A stretch of DNA of 64,000 nt from assembly GCA_002269645.1 (NCBI GenBank), contig NIVC01000104.1:773179-837178 (forward strand). Reading direction: 5' to 3'. Below, in pieces: positions 11,825-23,266 of this stretch. This DNA comes from Macrostomum lignano. Taxonomy: Eukaryota. How positions within the stretch are numbered: position 1 is the first letter of the stretch; each line of letters opens with the position of its first letter. The position numbers and the translations under genes were made by a program. The notes under the pieces are model-generated. The model ran no database searches, was not told the origin of the DNA, and saw only the letters and a program-made list of their open reading frames with translations.

Positions 11825-12130
11825 AGCTAACGAGGGGTTAGTGGTTAGAGCGTCGGACTCACGACTCGAAGGTCGGGGGTTCGATTCTCAAACTACTCGG
11901 AACAATTTGTATCTTTGAGCAAGACACTTAACTCTGCATTGCTTCAGTTCACCCAGCTGTAAAATGGGTGCCAGCATTAGCTGGGGTAATTGAGGGTGTG
12001 TGTGGCGACCCCCAGTCCTTGGACTGAACAGCCGTACGCAGCCTTCTGTTACTCGAGCTGTCGGTTACTCAGATGGCCATTGGGGCAAGTGTAATCAATT
12101 ATTGTTAATATTATTATAATTATAATTATT
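11825..12130 (+). mobile_element. tRNA-derived SINE with a CORE-like central domain
   Basis: Pol III A box tagtggttagagc (11839-11851) and B box ggttcgattc (11878-11887). Then tgtatctttgagcaagacacttaactctgcattgcttcagttcacccagctgtaaaatggg, similar to the MIR/CORE consensus tgtgaccttgggcaagttacttaacctctctgtgcctcagtttcctcatctgtaaaatggg. An (ATT)n-like tail lies at about 12100-12130. Confidence 0.75.
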
Positions 12131-13029
12131 ACTTGCTATCCATAAACGTCTTGAAAGCTCACGTCGCAAAATATGTTAGTATTCATAGACTAGTTCGTCT
12201 CAAAAATTATAAATTATAAAAATCAGGCATGCGCATTCAATAATAATAACAAAAATGAATGCTATCGTAATAGATTTCTTCAATCAAATATCTTAAATTA
12301 TAAGCTGGTCTATGCTACTCGAACGCTCACTTGACATAGTGTTTAGAATGCTTGAAAGTAGGAACACCAAGCCATCCCCTGACAATTTGTTTCAAATTTG
12401 GCTGCGCCAGAACGGCTGGTGCACACCGAAATTCAAAATTCAAGTAATTGGAAGGCACAAAAAGTTAGAGGGAACTTTTTGCTGTGCACCTTCTCAAACT
12501 AGACTCAAGTCGCCAGGTCTCTGGCCGTCGAGGTATTCAACGGTAGTCAACTGGTGCCATTGATTGAAGATGCTTGGGAGGCCAGCTGAGGATGTCCAGC
12601 AGTTGAGGCTTGCCCACTGTCGAGGCTTGATTAGAGACAGAGGAATTCGCAACTGCGTCCATAGTCACCTGGTGCCACCTGCTGAAGGTCCAGAAGCTCC
12701 ACCAAGGTGAAGGTCAGTGACTAACGAAAGTCAGAGCTGATACAGACACATGTGCTCGACGTGCTGATGAAGTTTGGAGGCTTGGCAAGGCTACACTGAT
12801 GCGCAGTGCTGGTTGGCGCTTAAGGTTGTATTGAACACACTGGAGCATATGGGAAAAATCCGACCTACTGGCAGAATCGTTGAATATCTCGACGGTCTGG
12901 AAGGCTGGCGACTTGATTCTTAGTTTAGAAGGTGCGTAACTAAAAGTTAGCCAGCGCTCGGGAATTTCTTGTGCATGCGTTGCTCATCGAACAAACAAAA
13001 CTTACAGTGCCGCCGAATGGAGTCTGGCG

Positions 13030-13563
13030 TCACTCGCTACCAGCGCTGCCAACGTCGTTACTCTGACTTGTGTCGGTTTTGTCGGACAGTGGCGAATTGT
13101 CCGACTTTGCACTTTCGGCTTGCGCTTCGATCGTTGTCGGCATCTCGACCGCAGTCTGTGGCGACTGAGTCGACAAGAAACTGTCCGACAACTCCGATAG
13201 AACCCGTTTGTTATCCTGGCGCCACTTCACAATTTCCATGTGCTTCAACATGCGAAGCTCCCATGTGATGTCTTTCGACTGGTCTGCTTCTGCGGTCTTC
13301 GTCTCGGTCTTCTTCTTCTTGGCCTTCTTAGTTTTAAAACGCGACGGCTGCAACTGTAGAGTTGATGTCGAGCTGCCCGAGATGCGGGAATCTGGCCAGA
13401 GGCCCAGCTTCCGGGACTCTTTGACGGCCATGGAGCTGAAGCTCTCTTCGTCACCAAGCCTCGGCGATCGCATCGGCTGGAGAATGTAGAACACCAGAGC
13501 CACAGTGGCCAGCAGCGATGCTGTTGCCAAGCTGAACAAAAGAGCCGTAAGGATCTCGTACAT
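13030..13563 (-). CDS. Orphan intronless 177-aa protein with an N-terminal hydrophobic anchor and a Lys/Ser-rich body
   Basis: ATG to TGA open frame in GC-rich, coding-like sequence; hydrophobic stretch ILTALLFSLATASLLATVALVFYIL; basic patch KTKKAKKKK. No family recognised. Confidence 0.5.
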   Translation of the reverse strand: MYEILTALLFSLATASLLATVALVFYILQPMRSPRLGDEESFSSMAVKESRKLGLWPDSRISGSSTSTLQLQPSRFKTKKAKKKKTETKTAEADQSKDITWELRMLKHMEIVKWRQDNKRVLSELSDSFLSTQSPQTAVEMPTTIEAQAESAKSDNSPLSDKTDTSQSNDVGSAGSE

Positions 13564-13770
13564 TGCTTTTCTATCTATAGCTTTTTAATCTCTACTTGGT
13601 AAAATTTGCATTTTTCTTAAGTGGCGCTCGCGCAAACCGAGAAGACGTCAATCAAAAAACGCACCGAAACGCCATAGACAATATTTGAGATGCAATTTAA
13701 ATTTGGTGTGAACTCAGAGTTCGATTCTTAGTGAATATAGGGCCGTATGTATAAAGCCTAGTCCAGATTA

Positions 13771-13889
13771 GCTAGTCCGGACTTGGATGGTTCAGTCTAT
13801 AGTCTATGGTCTAGCTACCTTTGGTTCTGTCTATAGTAGACCGGTCTAACTTTGTGTTTCTGCATACCAAATCCAAGTCCAGACTAGCT
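13771..13889. mobile_element. MITE-like remnant with an inverted repeat
   Basis: agctagtccggacttggat (~13771) versus atccaagtccagactagct (13871-13889), 18/19 complementary. Confidence 0.4.
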
Positions 13890-14398
13890 TTTCAAGACCG
13901 GACTACCCTGGACCATAGATAATAAAAATACTAGATGGGTCACTCGCCTATTTCATGAATATAAGCTACTTTCAATTGGGCGTCTGTATAGAGTTTTTTG
14001 GATATATTTGTGCACCAAGTAAAATTTTAATATTATGTTTAGATTATGATGTAGACAAAAAAGTTTTGACATTTCAGACCCTCATTTTTCAATCGTTGAA
14101 GTTTATTTACACCGACGGAAAATGAAAAAAATTTAACAAAAATGTGGGCTTGGTTTAAACTTGTTACAATAGAGGCATGCGCATTGCACTTACATGCATA
14201 TATATTTTGATGCACAGGGTCGTATCAACTTATCATGTACACACAGATTGAAAGAAGATTTCACAAAAGTAAATATCATACTCGTACATATAAAGCATTT
14301 GGGCAAGACAAAAGCATTCTGAAAACAAAATTTTACTTTATAGTTTAAGCTAGCTACTTACCCGGTAGTTGAAGCAAATGTTCATGAACAAATTGAAG

Positions 14399-16065
14399 TT
14401 AACGAATGTGACAAAGAACGAAATAAATTAAATGTTTAATACAAACACGAAGGTTAATTAAGTTTACTCTCATCTTTCTGCTTGCTGAGCATCGCGCTGT
14501 CCTATCTTTCAGCGGCTTGGCCTCACAGCGGCACCAGTGATGCAGTCTGAGACGAGCGAACTTGCACAGTTGCTGCCAGACGATCTCCGTGTGCACGGAG
14601 CACGAGGGGAAGGTCACATTTGCGTGTCGGAAGCATCTCAAAACTGAATGGCTCACGTGATTCTGAAGCAATGTAGTCTTTGATAATGAGCCAAATAAAG
14701 ATTCCAACAGCATAAAACTTTCCAGAACTGTGTTAGCCTCCTAGTGCAGATGTATTGAAAATCGCCGTTTTGCAGCAGCGATCTGGCCAGACTTTTGATC
14801 GATGAGATAGACAGCAGCCACGCTTCCTTGAACTTCATTGTAGCCTTTTGCTTCCTTCCGCTGTGAGGTCTAAATTTCCAACTGTGTAAGAAGCTTTCAG
14901 CTGCCTCCAATTCTGTGATCTGCTCTTCAAGAATATCTCGAGAAAGGGGGCGCTTTAGACCCCTATCGAATAAGTGAGCTGAGTTAAGAATGTCAAATAT
15001 GCCATTAATTCTATCTAAAAACTCTGCTGTTTGCTCTCCATCGGACTCTATTATTTTGTGATACACCGAAGTTCGGATTCCACTGGCGACTGAATGGCTG
15101 AAAATCTGCGCCGCGAGAGATACTTTCATTTTGTTTCCAACCTGTAGGTTGAAGTGACTGTCGCTTAACCTTGGTGCCAATTTAAGCTTGTTGCGACTAT
15201 CGGCCTGATAGAAGTCCGTAACATGCTTCCATTTTGCTGTTTTGCAATTGTCGAGCACAATTTCGTTCTTGAACAAAGCATTTCGCGCATTTTTCAGGCA
15301 GTGAGGGATATCAATGATGACAAAAACAGGCTCGTTTGTCACTGGGTGGTGCAGAAACGGCTTGGAAGAGCTTGGTAGCTCCACTGGCTTGTCTCTTGGT
15401 CTGCAACCAAAGCTACAACGATAATTCCTGCATGATGACACGCCGTCAGACAACTTTCAATCGCGTTACGAAAACCTTCCTGTCCGAGACTCCGATGCGC
15501 AGGGTAATATGCAATCGATTGCTTCCAGTTGTGCAAAATACCGCGAACTACGCCTGCTACCGCTTCGTCTACAACTTTTGGTGCATCCGCTTGAGCAGGA
15601 TCAGTCTCAAAGCCAATTATCTTGTCCTTGTACTGGCTGTAACGCACACATCCTGACAAGCTCATTCCATCAAAGCAAAGAGTGGCCACTCGCTCTTTCT
15701 CTGTGCAGTCTTGCAACTTTTTTCTCATCAGCTTCATGGTAACTTCACAAACGCCTTCTTCCTGAAAAAACAATCTGATGCGCCGCTTAATTGACGTCTC
15801 TGATGGAAATGGCATCTTCCACTGATCTCGCAGAAGTCGGTACGCGGCAGGACTTTTGTGATGCACTTGAATAGCAGAGCAGATGTCTTCGACAGCCCAA
15901 TGCATGCCACGGTGGCGAGACTTTGTTTGCTTCATAGAGCTCTGCACTAGACGGTGGAGGGCGCTGCTGCTGCTGCTGCTGAACTTTCCAACCTGCGAGT
16001 CTTCGATTTTGCGCCGCAGCTTATCGATCGTCTTCTCCTGCCGACACAGCTTTCGTCGCTGTGTC
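14399..16065 (-). mobile_element. P-element/THAP9-like transposase pseudogene
   Basis: ORF 15339..15947 has SPAAYRLLR..W.MPFPSETSIKR, LCFDGMSL, GVVRGILHNWKQSIAY and VALVADQE. ORF 14653..15453 has DIPHCLKNARNAL, KLKLAPRLSDSHF, KMKVSLAAQIFSHSVA, TAEFLDRINGIFDILNS and YICTRRLTQ. Frameshifting deletions lie near 15370 and 14730. A possible CATAGATAATA... terminus is at 13914. Confidence 0.9.
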
Positions 16066-16327
16066 TAAAGAAATTGTCTAAATGCTAGTACTTTAGGATG
16101 CCTAGGCATTTTTCAGTTGACTTCTTTAACTTGCACTCTCTCCCTCAAGTTACATGTAGCTAGAAATTTCTAGGTAGAAATTCTAGAAAAGTCTGATTGC
16201 TTTAGCTATGGCAGTTGAAGCCTTTTCACTAACATTCTTTAGACAAACGAATCAAAATCTTTTTCATCAAAATGCCAATGAAGTGCTGCGTCCAAGGATG
16301 CCGAAACAATTCAGGATTGCGTTCACT

Positions 16328-17035
16328 GACGTCTCTGCTCTGCCAAAAACTACGAGCTCATGGTGTCCGGCGACCTCAACGCCCACCATACTCACTGGGG
16401 CAGCACTGGCATCAATCAGAGAGGCGAAGACCTCATAGCCTACGTTGCCTCTACGATCCTCGAGTTTTGCAACTCTGGGTCCACCCCTACATTTGACAAC
16501 GGACGGTGGTCGGAGGTGATCGACGCCACACTCGCAACACACAAGCTCTACTAGAGTATTGGGGCGTGGCGGGTGCTTCCAGCGTCCTCACTCCCCGATC
16601 ACAAGTTCATTTCCTTCAACCTGATGGCCGCGCGTAGCGCAAATCGTGTTACGTGGAGACCAGAACGCCAGAAACACTGATTGGGAAACCTTCGGGCTCG
16701 CCCTGAAGGAGTTCCATCGGCCAACCATTCACCATCACGTCATGCCAATAAGCAAATGAGTGGGCGACTGTGCTGACAGAAACGCTAACCGCCGCCTTTG
16801 AGGCATCCTGCCCTTTAAAAGCCTATAAAGGGAAAAATCCGCGCCGTGGTGGAATCTAAGCGACTCCACCGCAGAGCAACTAAAACTAAGAGCCCATCGG
16901 ACCAAACCGCCTATCATGAAGTAGTCCATGAGTTTAAAAGGCAGGTTAGGAACGCGACAGCTCAGAATTGCGTCAATACTACGAGGAGCTAGAGGGCTCA
17001 CGCCCGACCTTCAGAACTGTGAAAGCCCTTAAACT
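16328..17035 (+). mobile_element. Decayed non-LTR retrotransposon fragment (APE endonuclease plus linker; LOA/R1-like)
   Basis: LMVSGDLNAHHTHWGS...NQRGEDL...NSGSTPTF...IDATLAT...W.V...PDHKFISF, then TDWETF, FEASCP, PWWN and EFKRQVRNA, with stops and frameshifts. Confidence 0.8.
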
Positions 17036-17044
17036 GGACAAAAT

Positions 17045-17245
17045 GTCTTAGAGCTTTCTGTTCATCCCTTGAGACAGGTTCTTCAGAAAGGTTACTCGCT
17101 GTCTTCCACGATCTCTTTTTCCTTCAATCTTCCCAGTCTCTGACAGCTGCTCGATTCCTCCCTTCCTCACAATATGACCAGAGAACTTCGCCTGCCGTCT
17201 CCGAATGTTCGCCATCAACCTCCTTTTACAGTCAGCTCTTAGTAG
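17045..17245 (-). mobile_element. 3' fragment of an RTE-clade LINE ORF
   Basis: Reverse strand reads LMANIRRRQAKFSGHIVRKGGIEQLSETGKIEGKRDRGRQRVTFLKNL, the typical RTE C-terminal GH..R...GKIEGKR.RGRQR motif. Confidence 0.8.
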
Positions 17246-17586
17246 AACAACTTCATTCGCTGCGTGAAGATGTCAAGCCTGCAGTGGCATTATTTAGATT
17301 TTGAATTGCCCGATCGAATTACGAACGAATCGAGCTTGGGAAGTCACGCCCCATAGACTACACGCGCGTCTGAAGCCTTACACGAAGCGCGCAGACTTTC
17401 TACTTTGAATCCTAATATCTAGGAATGGGAGCTGGAACTGACCAAAAAGATTGAATTTCAAAATCAATCAAAATCGCTGAGGTCACGCAAAATCGGTCAG
17501 GTTAGCCTACTTTTATCTACCTAAGGTATTTAAGGATTTGTTTGGCCATAGTAACTAGCCCTATAGTTGACGATCAAGCTGCATCA

Positions 17587-20208
17587 ATGGCTCATTATGT
17601 CGCTGGAAGCTCAGATAATGTTCAGCAGGAGACGATTCTGCTTGAGCAGTTTAAACAGCAGATTGTTACTCACCTGCTGATTACCTCGACAGAAGATTCC
17701 AGGGTCCATGGAGTGCGGGACTATCAAGACAATGACACGGATGAAGAGGACTGCGATGCGACAGTTGAATCAGCCAGACGCTTTGCTCAAACTGATGACA
17801 ATCTGCGCAGGTGATCTACTCAGCTATCTACTCATCTAAGTGCTGACGTACTCAGCTATCTACTCATCTAGATACTGACATACTCAGCTATCTACTCATC
17901 TAGATACTGACATACTCAGCTATCTACTCATCTAGCTACTAATCTAGCTGCTCATCTACTCATCTAAGTGCTGACGTACTCAGCTATCTACTCATCTAGA
18001 TGCTGACATACTCAGCTATCTACTTATCTAGCTACTAGCTGCTCATCTACTCATATATTTTTTATTACAGTAGGGGCTGTGTGCACCCTGGGCGCACTTT
18101 AAGCGACACTGCCACACAACCCATTCCGCCGACTCCCCTGAGCAGGCACACAAGCGCACGGATACGTACGCAGTCATACGCACAGGCACACACTCACACA
18201 GGAGTGTACAGCGGCCCTAACTTTATTTATCGTTAGGCATGTACACTTCACTGTGCCTTGGGGGTTGGTCCTCAAGGCCGTTAATTGCACGAGCAGAGCC
18301 AAGCCGGGATTCCAATTTAGCCCCACATCTGAGCCGCTGGCACATTAGAGTGCCGCACTAGACTAGGATTCGGCCCCCCTTACTCATCTGTCTAGTCGTC
18401 TGTTTACATAGCTGCAGTACAAACAAATCTAACAGATGGCTAGTCGCCCGCAACTGGGACCTGGATTCGGCGGTCGCAATGTACAATACCGCTGCCGACT
18501 TCCGTCTGCGTCATCGGCCGGAACGGCTGCTCACTCCGCAGGCTGAGCAGCGCCTGCCGGAGGTCCTTCGCCGCCATCTGTCCGGCGGTTTTGTCGGCTT
18601 CGATCGCTCGGGTCGGCCAGTTCGAGTCGAACTATTCGGCGCCCTGGATCTGCCCGGACTATTGCGCGCCAGTCGATGGCGCCATCTGCGCCGAGCCAAA
18701 CTGCGCGAGTGCGAATTGGCGCTGCGCCTTTGCCGGCGCCAGACCCGGCGCCTTGGCCGGCCGGTGATCGGTATGACAGTGATTTTCGACATGGCTGGTG
18801 CTACGGCGCGTTTTCTATGGCCGCCGGGAGTGACCGCCTACCTGCGGCTGGTCCGAATGCTGGAGGATAATTATCCCGAACTTGTCAGCCAGCTGCTGGT
18901 GGTCAATAGTCCCACAGTAGGCAAACCTCGATTTGGGAATGATTAGTCACAGATATGTTTGAATTGGATCTAGTCAGATTGGTGACTAGATTAGTCAGAT
19001 TGGTGACTAGATTAGTCAGATTAGTGACTAGATTAGTCAGATTGGTGACTAGATTAGTCAGATTGGTGACTAGATTAGTCAGATTAGTGACTAGATTAGT
19101 CAGATTAGTGACTAGATTAGTCAGATTGGTGATTAGATTAGTCAGATTGGTGACTAGATTAGTCAGATTGGTGACTAGATTAGTCAGATTGGTGACTAGA
19201 TTAGTCAGATTAGTGACTAGATTAGTCAGATTGGTGACTAGATTAGTCAGATTAGTGACTAGATTAGTCAGATTGGTGACTAGATTAGTCAGATTGGTGA
19301 CTAGACTAGTCAGATTGGTGACTAGACTAGTCAGATTGGTGACTAGATTTGTTAGGTTGGTGACTAGATTAGTCAGATTGGTGACTAGATTAGTCAGATT
19401 GGTGACTAGATTAGTCAGATTAGTGACTAGATTAGTCAGATTAGTGACTAGATTAGTCAGATTAGTGACTAGATTAGTCAGATTGGTGATTAGATTAGTC
19501 AGATTGGTGACTAGATTAGTCAGATTGGTGACTAGATTAGTCAGATTGGTGACTAGATTAGTCAGATTGGTGACTAGATTAGTCAGATTGGTGACTAGAT
19601 TAGTCAGATTAGTGACTAGATTAGTCAGATTGGTGACTAGATTAGTCAGATTGGTGACTAGATTAGTCAGATTAGTGACTAGATTAGTCAGATTAGTGAC
19701 TAGATTAGTCAGATTGGTGACTAGATTAGTCAGATTGGTGACTAGATTAGTCAGATTAGTGACTAGATTAGTCAGATTGGTGATTAGATTAGTCAGATTG
19801 GTGACTAGATTAGTCAGATTGGTGACTAGACTAGTCAGATTGGTGATTAGATTTGTTAGGTTGGTTCCTACACTAGTGATATCGGTTGGACTGCATCAAT
19901 AAAATATGAACTCCCAATCCGCACAGGTGTTTCCGTTACTGTACCGCCTTTGCCAGCCGTTGCTATCCACAGCTATGCGCAACAAAATCCACGTGCTCAG
20001 CAGCGACCCGCGGCAGGCTACGATGGAGCTACTGGATCGAGTCGCGTCCGACCAGCTGCCCGCTTATTTAGGCGGCGAATTGCGAGATGAAAACGGCGAT
20101 CCGCGTTGTTCGTCGAAAATCTGTCAGGGAGGACGCGTGGCGGCTGGTTACTATGGCAACGAGAGCGCCGACGGTGCTAGCGGCAGCGGAGACAGCGATA
20201 TTGATTGA
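17587..20208 (+). CDS. SEC14L: SEC14-like (CRAL-TRIO) lipid-binding protein, 328 aa; join(17587..17810,18436..18916,19927..20208)
   Basis: In-frame splicing (phase 2, phase 0) gives DDNLRRWLVARNWDL...LSGGFVGFDRSGRPV...RECEL...TVIFDMAG...[32 protein letters not shown]...DQLPAYLGGELRDENGDPRCSSKICQGG. This is collinear with SEC14L2/3/4. Confidence 0.9.
17815..18055. repeat. ~32-bp minisatellite (tactcagctatctactcatctagatactgaca) in SEC14 intron 1
   Basis: Visible degenerate tandem copies. Confidence 0.8.
18968..19860. repeat. 21-bp minisatellite (gattagtcagattggtgacta) in SEC14 intron 2
   Basis: About 42 tandem copies; the LVRLVTR ORF is an artefact. Confidence 0.95.
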
Positions 20209-20852
20209 TTGAGTCGTTTTTAGTTGCTAGAGGGTTAAGTGTATCGTTCTGCTTGAGAGTTAGTGAGTTCATTGTTTGCAGCTTGTTTGCAGACTTGCGT
20301 TTCGGTCCCCATGAAGAGAATTACACGGCAAATATCACAGGCAAATTTTAATGCACTGGCCCGAAACGAATGACGTCGTGCACGGAATCAAAGCTTGGGT
20401 ACTTTGTTGGAAAAGTCGTCGCCACCAGCTCGTTTTAATCTTGAAGGTGGCTCTCAGCGTGAAACGCATCAACAAGGACTACTCAAACTACTCCTAGGTG
20501 CTCAAGGGAGTTTGTCAGAGCTTCCCTGTGTTTCAGCGTTATGCTGCTTGACGGTGTCGACCACTGCCTGACGCAATGCCACATCGAATTTAGGCTTAAA
20601 AAAATGAGTTACAATAATCAATTATCTGCAAACAAGCCCAAGTGATTGATGAAATTAAAATTGTTTAAATTAAAAGAAGCTTAATTTCTGATGAGATGTA
20701 AAACAAAACGTTCAAGCGATGTTATATTTAGTTAAACTGATCAGTCTGGAGTCAGAAGTTCAGAGTCCGGTCGTCTGTGAGTTGTCGTCAGTGCCAGCGA
20801 GTCTCAAGCTCCGATGAAGTGAGCTGGATGTCAGGTGTGGCTGCGGTAGCAT

Positions 20853-21047
20853 TTAACCAAGCCTAATCCTAGCCCTGACCCTGACAAACTTCTTGGCGTT
20901 GTCGACGGCCTCCTCCGACATGCTGGACTCGTCCACGTTGGACAGAGCCTCCAGAACGGCCATGGCCTCAGCCTTCTCCTCCTGGGTGGGCACGGCGACA
21001 GCCAGGGCTGCGCACAGCAAAAGTCCGAGAGCGAGTTGCCACTTCAT
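20853..21047 (-). CDS. Secreted peptide precursor A (signal + acidic pro-piece + KK + FVRVRARIRL-G); candidate amidated cationic peptide
   Basis: 64-aa intronless ORF MKWQLALGLLLCAALAVA|VPTQEEKAEAMAVLEALSNVDESSMSEEAVDNA|KK|FVRVRARIRLG*; a near-identical paralogue lies 2810 bp away. Confidence 0.8.
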   Translation of the reverse strand: MKWQLALGLLLCAALAVAVPTQEEKAEAMAVLEALSNVDESSMSEEAVDNAKKFVRVRARIRLG

Positions 21048-21127
21048 GATTGCTTGAGTAGGATCGATTCGAGTGTTTGAGCTGAGTCGAGTCTGAGCTT
21101 GTTATCTTGAGCAGTCGGCAGATGCGA

Positions 21128-21153
21128 ATTTATGCACATCGGATTGGCACGTG
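21128..21153 (-). promoter_or_regulatory. Putative core promoter of precursor A (E-box CACGTG, CCAAT, TATA-like CATAAAT)
   Basis: Minus strand reads CACGTG-CCAAT-ccgatgtg-CATAAAT about 80-105 bp upstream of the ATG; conserved in copy B (23938-23963). Confidence 0.4.
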
Positions 21154-21699
21154 TTTCCGGTCGGAGCGGCGACGTTGGTTGAGTTGAAAGCCTTCATGTG
21201 AGCAGGGCGGAGCAGATACTGCATGGCTTGCTTGTCTGTGAAGATTAGACAGCATTGTTTGCTTCATGACAGCTCAGCAATCAAAAGTGTGTTTAACAGA
21301 GTTTTCTCAGTGCAAGTGTATGCAGCTGAACAGTCTATTTGACTCTTATGACCTTTTTATGATTTTGATTGACACTTTATTGACTCTGAAGTGCTCATCG
21401 TTTTGGGCCATTGGCGAGAATTACACGAAAAGCCACAGTTCGGTCAGCTGCGAGCTGTCAAGTTCAGTCAGCCTCAGTCTTTGATTAAGCGACTTCGATA
21501 TCAGATCTAGCCAATATAATCCCTGTTAGCCGCCTCATACGAATATATAGATTGTGTGCTTACAGGAAAGCTGTTTAAGTTATTCCCCTGACCTAGTTAG
21601 TCTTCGATTGCCAAAAACGTGTGAGCCACAGGGCTCAAAATAGAACAAGCGTAACAGTGATGAACTGCTCAACAGGAGGATTTATTTTGTAGCTGCTTG

Positions 21700-22745
21700 C
21701 TACATCGCCAATGAAGCTGCTTGTCGCCTTCCGTTCCAACGGAAAACAGCACCGCCGACGATTGCGATCAAACCCTGGAGATAGACGTCTCGGCTGAAGA
21801 GAGCCGATGCCTTCAACCATTGGAGGCAATCGCGAAAGTCAATAAGTGGGAGGAGGACGTCCTGAAGACACGCATTCATCGATCAGCTCGGTAAAAAAGC
21901 TTTTAACCTGCTGGCCTTACTCCCTCACAAACCACAAGACAAGACTTTCGACGAGCTGAAGGAACTTCTAAAGAATCAAAGGCGATAAAGGTCAGGACTG
22001 GTCTATCGGTACGTCTTTCACTATCTGAAGCAAGAGGATAGCGAAGACACACCTGCTGCTTACTCCAGAAGGCTTCATCAGGCGGTCGAGAGCTTCGAAT
22101 TGACAGGCCTGAACGATAGGCTCCGCCACCAGTTTTTATTTGGCTTGGCCATCAAGTAGATTGTCAGAAAGCTCCTTAAGGAAAAATTGAAGGACATCAC
22201 TTGGGAGAAGGTGAAGTCTGGTCAGTGCATGTGAAGCTGTCCCGTGCGGCGAAGGAGAAATGAAAGGGAGTGACGCTTTGTTAATCAATAAGACAGCCCC
22301 ACAATGCAAGCTGGATGCGCGACACAAGGATCACAAAGCATTCCAGTCTCATGGGAAGTGAAATCAATGGAACTGTGGCAGGGACGGAAGAGAACGGGAA
22401 GTGGTGCCTAGTGCACCCAGACTACTACGCTGGACCTTTCAAGGGACAAGCACCTACTTTTACTCGTTGACGCCTAAAGTAAATTGGCCGAGGGACATGT
22501 TACATGCTGCGCAGTCGACTACATCGGCAGAAACCCTCCGGCAGTAAATGGGCCGATGGGCATGTTACATGCTGCGCAGTCGACTACATCCGCAGAAACA
22601 CTCCGGCGCTTCTGGAGAACATTTTACTATTATGAATTCTTGGACGGCACCAAGGACTACTGGGTAGGAGTGTTAGGCGTCTCATAAAATATCTATCTCA
22701 TAAATAAAGCTGCTTGTCACCTTCCGTTCATTGCAAAACTGACAA
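21700..22745 (+). mobile_element. Internally deleted Ty3/Gypsy-like LTR retrotransposon remnant
   Basis: Decayed gag at 21820-22220 (LGKKAFNLL..LP.KP.DKTFDELKELLK...F...KQ...E....Y..RL......F...LNDRLRHQFLFGL...I..KLL.E...ITWEK). A direct repeat aat(g/a)aagctgcttgtc(g/a)ccttccgttc...aaaac occurs at 21710-21748 and 22703-22740 (LTR 3' ends). Confidence 0.65.
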
Positions 22746-23266
22746 TCCCCAATCTAAAAGGTCTTACTCGGGTCCAAAACACGCTGGGAAACTTCCGGCC
22801 GCACAAAATACAGATAATGAAGCTCAGAGCCCGGGCTGTCGATGAACCGTAGAATCGTGCCTGTTCTTGCAGGTATGGCACCATACCTCAGCGTGAAATG
22901 CGTCAACTACTCGTAGGTTCTCCAGGGAGTTAGTCAGAGCTTCCTGTGTCTTAGCGCAATACTGCTTGACGGTGTCGACCACTGCCTTACGCAATGCCAC
23001 CATTTTGCTTTCGGGAGCACTAGACTTGCCCGCGACGCATTTTTCCTGCATTGCACTTTTTCCCCAATGCTTTGTAGCCGTTGATAAAGAGATTTAGCAA
23101 ATCAAAACCTTCCAGTAGTAACTATCAAGTTACAATCAATGATTATCTTCAAATAATTTCAAGTACCAGTTCACTACGCAAAGACTGGACTGGCGACTAG
23201 GCGAAATTCAAAATGTTCAATAAGACGAAGCTTAATGTTCTGCTGAGATCTTAAACAATAACCTAG

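Noticed and set aside
11832-11900. Functional tRNA gene
   Set aside because: A and B boxes are present, but there is no pairing acceptor stem, and it runs into a CORE domain and tail, so it is a SINE head.
18955-19902. 315-aa (LVRLVTR)n ORF
   Set aside because: It lies inside SEC14 intron 2 and is a 21-bp minisatellite.
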